This document shows positions 14,081-23,291 of a stretch of 64,000 nucleotides of DNA, one piece after another (position 1 is the first letter of the stretch; every line of letters begins with the position of its first letter). Under the pieces are notes generated by a model. It made no database searches. It was not told where the DNA came from and saw nothing but the letters and a program-made list of their open reading frames with translations. A program made the position numbers and the translations under genes. The stretch is taken from positions 1,414,756 to 1,478,755 of the forward strand of contig CAVVHT010000009.1 of NCBI GenBank assembly GCA_963748235.1, in the 5' to 3' direction. This DNA comes from an uncultured Chloroflexia bacterium (GTDB taxonomy: Bacteria; Chloroflexota; Limnocylindria; Limnocylindrales; CSP1-4).

Positions 14081-15197
14081 CTACGGCGCCGGCAGGGGCT
14101 GGAGGCGCGCACCCACTCCGGAAGCCTGAGCCGAACGGGATAGCGGCTGACCGTCCCGTCCAGGTCGAGGAACGCGAGCTTCACGTCGTGGTGACCTGCC
14201 AATGCCCTCGCCGACGGCGATCGAGATCAGCAGTCGCTGACCGTCAGGCGTCCAGCGCGGGCCGGTGTAGCGCTCCAGGCCATCCGCCTGGACTCTCGGC
14301 GATGACGGTCTGGCCGCTCCCGTCGGGCTGCATCGATGTAGATCGTCGACGGCTTGCTCATGTCTTTGATCGTGGATGCCGTATGTGCCGAAGACGATCA
14401 CGTCCGCGACCGGGCTCCAGTCGGGATCGCCGGCCCACATGTCCGGGGGAGTGAGGCGTTTGAAGATCGCCGCCGGCTGATCGGCACCGTGGCCACCTGC
14501 GAGCCGATCCACACGTCCTCTTCGGGCTCCGTGTCCCACTGGATTAGCTCGGCGACCGCCGTCCGGCCGTCCCTCGACCAGCGCGGGAAGAGCAGCTCGT
14601 CCGGCACATGGACCGTCGCGACCTCCGTCGTCTCGCCCGAGTCGAGGTCGAGCACCGTCAGGATGCCGACCAGGTCGGATCCGAACCGCTCTCGCCCGTC
14701 CTGGCAGACGTACATCAGCCTGTCGCCGTCGCGGCGAGTAGGCCGGGAAGTTGACGCCCAGCCGGCAGTCGTCGCTCGGTCCGATGAGCTCGCGTCGCCG
14801 CCTGCCCGTCAACGCCGACCGTCCAGATCGAGGTGCCCTCGTACCACTCGCCGACGACGAAAGCGATGGTCTGGCCGTCGGGCGACCAGTCGAGGACCGC
14901 GTGATCCTTGTCCGGCTCGATGTCGGTGGCCAGGGCCCGCCGGCCGGTCCCGTCCTGACGGATCGTTACGACGTCCTTGAAGTCACGCCCCGCGAACCAC
15001 TCGAAGGCGAGCAGCGCCTGGTCAGCCTCCGCTATCGCAGTCGCGGTCGCCGGACTGCTTGGCGCGACGGAGGAGGTGGTCGATGGGGATCCGGGCGGAG
15101 GGGATGATGCGCCGGGTGCCACCGCACAGCCAGTTGCGACCAGCAAAGAAACCGCCAGGACGACCCAGAAAGCCGAAATGCGCATCATCGTGTTCAT
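14081..15197 (-). pseudogene. PD40/TolB-like beta-propeller lipoprotein, paralog 1, frame-disrupted (at least 3 changes)
   Basis: Signal/lipobox 'LLVATGC', P/S/T linker, 'LDWSPDGQTIAF'. Continues through ORFs 14081..14812 and 14398..14715 ('PRWSRDGRTA', 'DPDWSPVADVIVF', 'GPRWTPDGQRLL'). Confidence 0.7.
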
Positions 15198-15265
15198 AAG
15201 GAGGTAGATGCCGCCGAAGACCGATGCGTCTCACGAAGCGACTTGTCGGCGGTGGACGCCGATCC

Positions 15266-16395
15266 CTATTGCGGACGTAGGTGGGCGTGGGTGCGTCGGA
15301 TGCCACCGGATTCCGTGACGAGCGTCCACGACTCAGTCACGAGGTTTCCCTCATCGTCGACGAATGCGATCCGCTCATCGCCCGGTCGAGCACGGACGAA
15401 CATGACTCGATCACCACCGTCCACCCAAGTCGCTTCGATGGCGATGCCTGAGTCGGGCTCAGCCGCGACCAGCTGCGTCAGATCCTGCCCGTCGATGCCG
15501 GCCGAGCTGATTTCGGCTGAGCTGAGGAAATCGGCTTCTGAGGCTGCCGCGGTGAACAGGATGGAATCGCCCGGAGCCCAATCCGGGGCGTCCGCGAATA
15601 CGTCATGGCGGGTGTCAGCCGCTGCGGTTCATCAAGGCCAATGCCGCTGACCGGCGCCACGGCAATGTAGGACTCGGTGCGAGAGGTTTGTGTCGCGTCG
15701 GGATACTTCTCGACGACGAAGACCAGCTGCTCTCCATCAGGCGACCAGCGTGGCGCGTAGTAGGCGCTGAGCCCGTCGGCCGTAGCGGCGACGGTGCTCA
15801 GCTCTCCGGTCGCGACGTCCAATATCTGGATCTCGGACGGACCCCAAGTTCCGTCGGGATCGAGGTCGTATCTGGCCAGGGCGATCATCGATTCGTCGGG
15901 CGACCATGCCGGATAAGCAAGCTGGAGACACGGCGCCTCACAGCTCACGAGGAGATGGGTATCCGACCCATCGGCCTGGGCCACCCAAATCTGCACCTCA
16001 GGCTCGTCAGTGAGGTCACTCTCCAGGTACATGTCGAACGCAATCGAGTCACCATCCGGCGACCAGGCTGGGTGTCCGACGTCAAAGCCGGGGATCGGAT
16101 CGGTCAGCAACGCGTGCTCATCAGTGCCATCGGGTCGAACCAACCGAATCGCATCTGCGCCTTCGCCGGAATCGGTTGCCTGGTAGACGATCCACGGCTC
16201 GCCCGGCAGAACGCCGCTCGACCCTGGTGACGGAGATCCTGTCGAAGGGTCCGAGCGCTTCGCAGTCGGCGACGGCGTACCCGACGCCTCTGGGGAGGCG
16301 GGGCTCGCAAGCGGCGTGGACGCACATGCAAACACCAATAGAGCGGCTATGGCTAGTGCGAGTCGCCGCGCCCGAAACGGTCGCTTTGTGGTCAT
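15266..16395 (-). pseudogene. PD40/TolB-like beta-propeller lipoprotein, paralog 2, one frame change (~15610)
   Basis: 'LLVFAC' lipobox, 'PGEPWIVY', 'HPAWSPDGDSIAF', 'YPAWSPDES', 'APRWSPDGEQLVF'. The tail 'HDVFADAPDWAPGDSILF...RTHAHLRPQ' is in another frame and ends at TAG 15266-15268. Confidence 0.75.
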
Positions 16396-16444
16396 GCCAG
16401 GTAGATGCCGCTCGCGACTCGGGCGTCCCTGGTTCTAAGCGTGT

Positions 16445-17559
16445 TCATGGCAACGGACGAAGACGAGGATGCGTTCCGCCAGGCGCACTCGGGGTCGTAG
16501 TCGCTGGTCGTAGGTTGGATCCGCCTGCGTCGACAGCCCACATTTGCGCCGTGGTGTAGTCCTCGCCGGTCACAAGCACGAAGATGACGCCACTTCCGTC
16601 GGGCAACCAGGTCGGCTGGACCGCATTCAACTCATCGTCGACCAGGGGCTCAGCACCAGAGCCATCAGTCCCCATCGTGTAGAGGTCATAGGCATCGCTG
16701 CCGTCCACAGGACGCCGCGAGTAGACAATCCGGCCATCGGTCGGATGCCAGTCGGGATAGTTGGCCCACTCGTCGGGTTCGGTCAGCTTGGTGATCGTTG
16801 CCGGGCTTGCCGCCAGGTCGACCATGGCAACCGACGTCGATTTCAGCTCCGAGTCCTCGGTGATGTTGGTCCATGTCTCGATCTGGGTGACGATCCTGTT
16901 CCGGTCTGGTGACCAGCGCGGATAGGCGAAGTAGTCGGCGCCAGCGCTCTCGGCGACCGTCGTCACCGCGCCGGATTTAACGTTCACGACTTCGAGCGTG
17001 CTGCCGTCGGTTATGCGGTTCTGATGCTCCCAGCGAACGAAAAGGACCGACTCGCCGTCTGGTGACCAGGCCGGAAACTCGGCGGCATCGCATGGCAGTA
17101 CGCAGTCGTACAGCACTCGGGAATTGCTGCCGTCGGCGTCGGAGATCCAGATGTCGCGATGCCCGTCTTCGTACGGCCAGACGTCGATCACAAAGGCGAG
17201 TTGAGAGCCGTCCGGCGACCAATCCGGATGGAGCTGCCAACGTCACCCGCGTTGTCGCCGGCGGCAATCGGCGCGTCGGGCGTCGCCCAATGCTCGTCTG
17301 TGCCATCGGGCCTGATGACGACGTTGCCGACACTTTCTGCTTCAGGTACACCCCACTCGTAGACGATCCACGCTTGGCCGGGGCGAACTCTTGTAGCTGA
17401 CTCCGGACTCGAGGTTGGTGAATCCGTAGGTGACGGCCTCGGCTCGTCGGTCGCTTGGACAGTGGGCGACGGCGTCGCCACCGGTGGCGCTGAGCCCGCG
17501 CATGCATTCGCAACGAGTGCCAAAGTGATGACCACACCCAAGCCGGTGTTTCGCTTCAT
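16445..17559 (-). pseudogene. PD40/TolB-like beta-propeller lipoprotein, paralog 3, one frame change (~17225)
   Basis: 'MKRNTGLGVVITLALVANAC' (inside ORF 17188..17607), 'PGQAWIVYEW'. Then ORF 16445..17191 ('FPAWSPDGESVLF', 'YPRWSPDRNRIV', 'YPDWHPTDGRIVY', ends 'GGTHPRLRPLP'). Confidence 0.75.
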
Positions 17560-17610
17560 GCAGTACTGATGCCGCTGGAGATCGATCTGTCCCACGATCA
17601 GGGCCATCGG

Positions 17611-18779
17611 TCACTCTGCGTTCGGGCCCCAGGCTGGATGGTTCATTTCCACGTTGGGTGCCTGCACGAGCACCGAGACGTTCGATCCGTCGGAATCCAT
17701 CAGACAGATTGGGAGCCCGCAGCCGAACACGATGCGGGACCCGTCGGGCGAGAAAGCGGGCTTGAAGGCGTCATGTTCGATATCGCCATACAGATAGTCG
17801 GGCGGCGCGGTCGGATCGTCAGCGGGCACGATCTCTATCTGCTGGCCGATGCCCGCGCTGCCGTCCTGGTTCGTGTTGTAGATGATCGATCGGCCGTCGC
17901 GCGTCCAATCTGGATGCACGATGTCGCCAGTGTTCGTCGTCGTCAAACGTCGCTCTTCGCCGGTCGTCAGGTTGCGGATCGTCAGTGCCCACGAATCCGT
18001 GGCTGGGTAGTAGCGGTCGTAGACGAGCTCATCTCCGTCAGGCGACAGGCGCCCTTCGCCACCGTAGGTATTCACGTCCCACAGAGGTCGCTGGTTGGCA
18101 CCGTCGCTATCCATCTGCCATATCGAGTGATGCACGTTGCCACACTCGATGGACCGATCGCAGGGCTCGGGAGCTACGGAGTACACAATCGACCGGCCGT
18201 CCGGTGTCCAGTCGGGCCACTCGGCATAGCCACGAGTGCTGGTCAGGACCTGCAGGTCGCTGCCATTGACATCGATCGTCGCAATCTGGAACGAGCCGTC
18301 CGACATGACGAGGGAGAAGGCAAGGCGACTGCCATCAGGCGAGAAACGCGGCCGCTCCACTTCGCACGAAAGGATGCGGACGGCGTCGGTTCCGTCGGGA
18401 TCAATCATGTAGATACCGCCAAGCAGCTGGGCGACGACGGTGTAGCGGCTGACCGGACCAAAGGCGATCCGCCCAGCGGGGTCGGGAGCCCGTCCTTGAG
18501 CTCGGCGATCTCGTTGAACCATCCGGGAGTTGGCCGGTCAGTGCATGCGGGCACGACCGCCGCGGGGGTGGGGGTTGCAGCCGCACTCGGCGTCGCAGCC
18601 GGCGTCGTGCGAACAGTGGGATCGACAGTCTGTTGGATGCTGGGCTCCGGAGAACGGCTCGCGGCCGTCGTTGGGCCCGGCGAATGTGTTCGGGCCGCGC
18701 CGGGTGAGCATCCACCCAGTAGAAGGGCGGCTACGGTCAGACATGCGAGCGTCCGCCGGCCGCTCATGGCTCGAGCCAC
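17611..18779 (-). pseudogene. PD40/TolB-like beta-propeller lipoprotein, paralog 4, one frame change (~18490)
   Basis: 'LLLGGCS' lipobox in ORF 18405..18779. The body is in ORF 17611..18522 ('RPRFSPDGSRLAF', 'WPDWTPDGRSIVY', 'RLSPDGDELVY', 'HPDWTRDGRSIIY', 'KPAFSPDGSRIVF'). Confidence 0.75.
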
Positions 18780-20138
18780 TGCCAGGTAAGTGACCCGACG
18801 TTGTCTTCGAGCTCGGCCAGCACCACCGGAGGATCATCCGAGCTCGGATCCAGGGCTTCCAGCCACGAGCGAAAGTGTTGCTCACCAGAGGGCGATGGAG
18901 CCAGTTCCTCGACGCGAGAGATCAGCAGCAGTCCGGCATCAGGCGACCAGGCCAGCTCTTGCAGTCCTTCGATCTCCGGGAATTCGTTGGGATCCCCCGC
19001 AGGTCGACCCGCCTCCACGGGTTGGACGACGAGGACTGGCATACCCGAATCCTCGTCCCAGTAGTGGTAGGCGATCGACCCGCCATCAGGCGACCAGCGG
19101 GGATCGCGCTCGTCAAGGGGCGTCGATGTCAACGGCACATCCGACAAGCCATCTGCCGCAACGACGAAAAGATCCAGGTCCGGATACAGGCTGCCGTGGT
19201 CGTGGCCATACACATCGAGTGCCGGCGCAGGCACTCCATCCGGCACACCGTTGTAGACGATGTATCTACTGTCTGGCGACCAGGCAAACTAGGGACTGTC
19301 AGTGCCCGGCCGCGACGTGATCCGTCTCACGTCGCCACTCTCGACATCTACGACGTCGATGCAACTGCGGTAATCGAACCCTCGTTCTCGCCGTTGCTAA
19401 GTCTCTGCATCACCGCGAAGGCAATGCTCTTCCCGTCCGGCGACCAGACCATGTCCCAGTAGTGGATGCCGCCTCTCGATGGAGGTTCGGCCATCAGGAA
19501 CCGGCGCTCGCCGGATTCGACATCGATAGCCAATAGGAGGACGTCGAGCTCTCGTCGCCTTCGCCGTCGCCGTCACGCAACTTCACCACGACCTGCGTCG
19601 CGTCCGGTGAAAACGCATGGCCGATCTGTTGGTGTGCGGAGATCTCGCGTGGGTCCGAGCCATCGGCATTGGCTCGAATACGCGCACGATCCGGTTCAAA
19701 CGTCACCCCAGCCGGTGAAGTAGGTCAGCCACCTGCCGTCGGCCGAGAAGAGCGGTCACGTTCCCTGAGCGATCTCGCGATCATTGCTGCCGTCCGCATT
19801 CATCAGATGGATGTGGTTGTAGGGCGGCTCATTGAGGTCACTGATCACATAGGCGATGAGGCCATTCCGGCCGATCGGCTTGGGCGTCGGTTGTTGAGCA
19901 GAAGGGACGCCGCGACGATCGCAACCACAAGAGCGAGCAGGAGGCCGGTAATGATCAGCATGTAGGAGGGCGACATTGCCGCTCGACCGAGCAACGGCCA
20001 TGTGAACTGTGGCCCCGTTCGCGCGACGGCATCGCGCGCGATGTCGGTTGCGTCGAAGTCCCGCACCAGAATATCGGCATAGGCCTGGACGCGTCGCTCG
20101 AAGCGCGCCTCGAAGCTGGTCATCTCGAACTCACTCAT
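18764..20138 (-). pseudogene. Putative anti-sigma factor (short cytoplasmic segment plus one TM helix) fused to a PD40 beta-propeller; 4 frame changes and 2 in-frame stops
   Basis: ATG 20138 overlaps the sigma stop (ATGAGTGA). 'MSEFEMTSFEARFERRV...MLIITGLLLALVVAIVAASLLL' TM helix, then PD40 pieces in ORFs 19756..20001, 19494..19706, 19348..19533 and 18764..19246. In-frame TGA at 19756-19758 and TAG at 19289-19291. Confidence 0.65.
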
Positions 20139-20673
20139 CCCCCAACTCCTTGCGCAGGCGTTCGAGCAGGCGCGCCAGACGCGCGCGCGTGCCGGACGCG
20201 GACATGCCGGTCGCTCGACCCAGCTCGGTGGAGTTGAGTCCGGCGACGTAGCGCAGGGCGAGAGCGCCCGATCGTCCGGGCGCCAGCTTGGCGAGCGCGA
20301 TGGCCAGGTCGATATCGGTCGATGGCCGGCTGGACGGGTGACAGGTCGAGAGACCGGTGCCACCACCGTGATCTCGCGGACGCTCCGGCGATATCGGCTG
20401 CGAACGATCTGACGAGCCTCGTTGGCGGCGATAGAGCACAGCCACGAGCCGAAGGCGATCGGGCTCGCGCACGCTGTCGAGGCGACGCCAGACGATCGGC
20501 CAGGCTGCGGCGACGGCCTCCTCGGCCAGATCGGCATTGCCGAGTCACGACGTAGCTAAGGCGAACCATGTCCGCGTGATGACGGTGGACGATGGCGCGA
20601 ATGCCGCCTCGTCGCCCTCGACGGCGAGCCGTATCAGCCCCTCCGCTGATCTCCGCGGCGACCGGGGCCGCAT
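20131..20673 (-). pseudogene. ECF (sigma-70 family group 4) sigma factor, frame-disrupted (at least 4 changes)
   Basis: '[25 protein letters not shown]' from ATG 20673, then 'RAIVHRHHADMVRLSYVVT', 'NADLAEEAVAAAWPIVWRRLDSVREPDR', 'WLCSIAANEARQIVRSRYRR', and region 4 'DLAIALAKLAPGRSGALALRYVAGLNSTELGRATGMSASGTRARLARLLERLRKEL'. These lie in alternating frames. Confidence 0.7.
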
Positions 20674-20734
20674 GCCGATCACGCCACACAGATGCTCGCC
20701 GAGCGGTCAAGTGATTTACCGCCCGGCGGCATAG

Positions 20735-21923
20735 TTAGTCGGTCGGCTGGAGGAAGCCGGCATAGCCATAGCCGAGCTCGTCGCCGAACCAGGTCAACTC
20801 GGGCGCGTTGATGTGCGCGGCGCCAGTGCCATCAGCATTCATCAGCGCCCATGTCTGGAAGCCCCAGAACGATGATTCGGCCGTCCGACGTCCAGCTCGG
20901 TGCCCAGCCGTCCGAGAAGTCGCCGCCGACCGAGACACAGGACTCGCAGAGATGAGTGAGGTTCGCGCCGTCCGGCGAGACGGTCCAGATGCCGGTATTG
21001 CCGGGGAAGTCGCCCCATCCCTCCGTTTCCCGGTTGGGCATCGTGCTGAAGACGATCGTTGAGCCGTCGGGCGACCAGTCCGGGTCGGCTGCCCATTCGC
21101 CAACGGGTCTGGGTAGTTCGCGAACGCGGGAGCCGTCGGCCTGGACGATGAAGAGCCGCGTCTCAGTCGCGTACTGGTCGTCGGCGGCCAGCAACGTCCG
21201 CTGGTAGACGATCTCCGAACCGTCGGGCGACCAGCTCGGTTGGGCGACGTAGCCGTCGGACACCGGAAAGCGGGTTTCCTCCAGGTATTCGACCTGGCCG
21301 CCGGCCAGATCGCGGATACCGATCTCGCTGAAGTTCGCGTCAGGGCGCGGGTCGAAGTGGACGAAAGCAATTCGCTGGCCGTCGGACGAGAAGGCGGGCT
21401 CCAGCTCCAGGCACTCGTTCTCATCGCCGCTACAGGATGTCGAGATGAGGGTCGGCGCGCCACCGTCGATTGGGACGGTCCAGACCCGGTACGGAGCGAG
21501 CCACGTCGAGTATGCGACGGTCTGTCCGTCAGGCGAAATGTCCGGTGCAGCCTTCCCGGCGGGCGTCCCAGGAGCAAGCTCGTGCAGGTCGGTGCCGTCG
21601 GCGCGCGCCAGCCAGATCATCCGGTTGTCGAAGTCGAACCCCTCTGATGAGCCATCCGGCGCCTGGCCGAAATGCTCGAACACGATCCAACCTGGCAGAT
21701 CGGTGTAGCCGGCAGACGTGCTGCGCAACGTTGGTCGAGGCGTGGACGACTCCAGGTCGGTCGAGCTGGTTGGGGAGGGCTCGCTGGAGGCACTTGGGGT
21801 AGGAGCCTGCGGTGATGCTGACGTCGCCACCGGCGACGGCGCGGGCACGCCTCCCGAGCAACCGATCACCACGGCAGTCAGGAACGCGGCCGCGACGACG
21901 GAACCACTTCGGATGTTGAGCAT
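20735..21923 (-). pseudogene. PD40/TolB-like beta-propeller lipoprotein, paralog 6, one frame change (~20870)
   Basis: 'AVVIGCSGG' lipobox, 'LPGWIVFEH', 'APDISPDGQTVAY', 'EPAFSSDGQRIAF', 'QPSWSPDGSEIVY', 'DPDWSPDGSTIVF'. The tail 'QTWALMNADGTGAAHI...GFLQPTD' is in the ORF 20735..21577 frame. GGGAGG RBS 5 nt before the ATG. Confidence 0.75.
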
Positions 21924-21979
21924 TGCGACCTCCCGGAGGGTGACTTGTCCCCTGGGAGGTAGATGCGCGATGCAAACAA

Positions 21980-22004
21980 AACGTCCCGCCGGCTGAAATG
22001 TCCC
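21980..22004 (-). promoter_or_regulatory. Candidate ECF-type promoter GGGAC-N16-CGTT upstream of the propeller/sigma operon
   Basis: Minus strand reads GGGAC (22004-22000), a 16-nt spacer, then CGTT (21983-21980) followed by TTGTTTG. About 57 nt upstream of the paralog-6 ATG. The -35 deviates from the canonical GGAAC. Confidence 0.3.
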
Positions 22005-22022
22005 GCCGGGAGCGGCGGAAAG

Positions 22023-22610
22023 TCAGGCGCGCCGAAGAGGTAGGAGGAGGATCAGCCCGAGAACGACGAACGGCGCGAGGATGATCAGCGCCCCAACGAT
22101 CGGTGCTCCGAATGGGTTCCAGGGTGGCTCGCCGAAAGTGACTCGCGGCGCCACCGCCGATGTCACCTCGTTGGCGCTCGCGCTGACCTGGTAGACCCCG
22201 GCGATCGACACGTCGACCTGCCCATACGGCACGCGACCGGTGTTGTTGACGTTGATCGCGAAGAGCGAATCGGACAGGCGCGAGATCGCAACCGGACCGT
22301 TCGGGCCGCCTATCACGACCTGCAGATCAGACGGCATCTCGGCCGAGTCGTCCTCGCCGAAGATCCCGTCCTCCTCGAAGCTGACGTAAACCGAACCTGC
22401 GGGCAGGCTCACTGTTCCCGTGCCCGGCACCTCTACCCGTCCGTAGGCAGACGCGTTGTTGATCGGCAGTCCGCCAAGCATGAACCACACCAGGCCGAGG
22501 ATGGCACCCGTGCCGAGCACGAAGAGGGCCACCCACCACGGCGCGAGCGAGCGACGGCGGCGGGTCGACGGCGGCGGGGGCGGGGGATATGCCACGTATG
22601 GATTAGCCAT
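22023..22610 (-). CDS. Hypothetical membrane protein (N- and C-terminal TM helices, Pro-rich N-terminus)
   Basis: 195-aa ORF with 'MANPYVAYPPPPPPSTRRRR' followed by a TM helix, and C-terminal 'IVGALIILAPFVVLGLILLL'. No recognisable domain. Confidence 0.6.
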   Translation of the reverse strand: MANPYVAYPPPPPPSTRRRRSLAPWWVALFVLGTGAILGLVWFMLGGLPINNASAYGRVEVPGTGTVSLPAGSVYVSFEEDGIFGEDDSAEMPSDLQVVIGGPNGPVAISRLSDSLFAINVNNTGRVPYGQVDVSIAGVYQVSASANEVTSAVAPRVTFGEPPWNPFGAPIVGALIILAPFVVLGLILLLPLRRA

Positions 22611-22662
22611 CAGCGCGGCGAATCTTATTGGAAGTGACGCGGCGAAAACCGGTGCCGGCGAC

Positions 22663-23244
22663 CTACGGAGTAACGCTCGGAGCGGCAGTGGCAGAGCCGT
22701 CGGGAATGATCAGGCGCTGGCCGACGAAGATCAGGTTCCAGTCCTCGACATCGGGGTTCGCGTCGGCGAGCTCTGTTGGATCAATGCCATATAGCAGGGC
22801 GATGCTGGTGATCGACTCGCCTGATGCGACGACATGAATGCCGGCCTCACTGGTCGGCTCGGCCCCGATTGGAATGATCAGTACCTGGCCAACCTGGATG
22901 ACATACGGCTCGGGAATGCCGTTCGCTTCGGCGATCTGCAGCCAGGGCACATCGTATAGGTCGCCAATCGTGCTCAACGACTCGCCCGGCGCGACTTCGT
23001 GAGTGCCGCCCGCCGTGGGGCCGGGCGTGGGCGCCGCGGAGGGCGTCGAGCTGGCGTCGGCAGTCGGAAGCTGCGACTCGGAGCTGGTCGGCGGGGTCGC
23101 CAGCGAGCCCGACGGCCGAGGCGACTGGTTGGCTGTGCCGCCGCCTGGAACGGTTAGAAATCCAAAGAAAAGTGCACCGGCCAAGAGTGAGGCACTGGCG
23201 GCCATCACTACCAGCACGGTGACCAAAAGGGACGTACGAGGCAT
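22663..23244 (-). CDS. Membrane-anchored protein with two LysM peptidoglycan-binding domains
   Basis: N-terminal TM helix, P/S/T linker, then 'HEVAPGESLSTIGDLYDVPWLQIAEANGI...GQVLIIP' and 'HVVASGESITSIALLYGIDPTELADANP...GQRLIIP'. Confidence 0.85.
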   Translation of the reverse strand: MPRTSLLVTVLVVMAASASLLAGALFFGFLTVPGGGTANQSPRPSGSLATPPTSSESQLPTADASSTPSAAPTPGPTAGGTHEVAPGESLSTIGDLYDVPWLQIAEANGIPEPYVIQVGQVLIIPIGAEPTSEAGIHVVASGESITSIALLYGIDPTELADANPDVEDWNLIFVGQRLIIPDGSATAAPSVTP

Positions 23245-23291
23245 GGTCCGATCATAGCCCGGACCGCCGGGGTTAGCCCTTCAGCGCGTGT

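Noticed and set aside
15208-15321. Small plus-strand ORFs starting at the SD-like AAGGAGGTAGATG sequences opposite the propeller gene starts (15208, 16405, 17569, 21963).
   Set aside because: Only the first two or three codons (M-P-...) are shared, and the rest is unrelated. The GGAGG-to-ATG spacing is only 3 nt. The similarity is fully explained by the conserved element on the propeller sense strand.
19289-19758. Stop-codon reassignment or read-through (TGA or TAG as sense) in the anti-sigma-propeller gene.
   Set aside because: TGA and TAG terminate many well-delimited genes in the same window at positions matching homolog lengths (for example comEA, tkt, zwf, the HD gene and moaDE). Recoding of the genetic code is therefore not supported.
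21983-22009. The direct repeat GTCCCGCCGG x2 followed (minus strand) by GTTTTGTTTG as an intrinsic terminator for the upstream membrane-protein gene.
   Set aside because: The two copies are direct repeats, not inverted, so no stable stem forms. The arrangement fits an ECF-type -35/-10 pair better.
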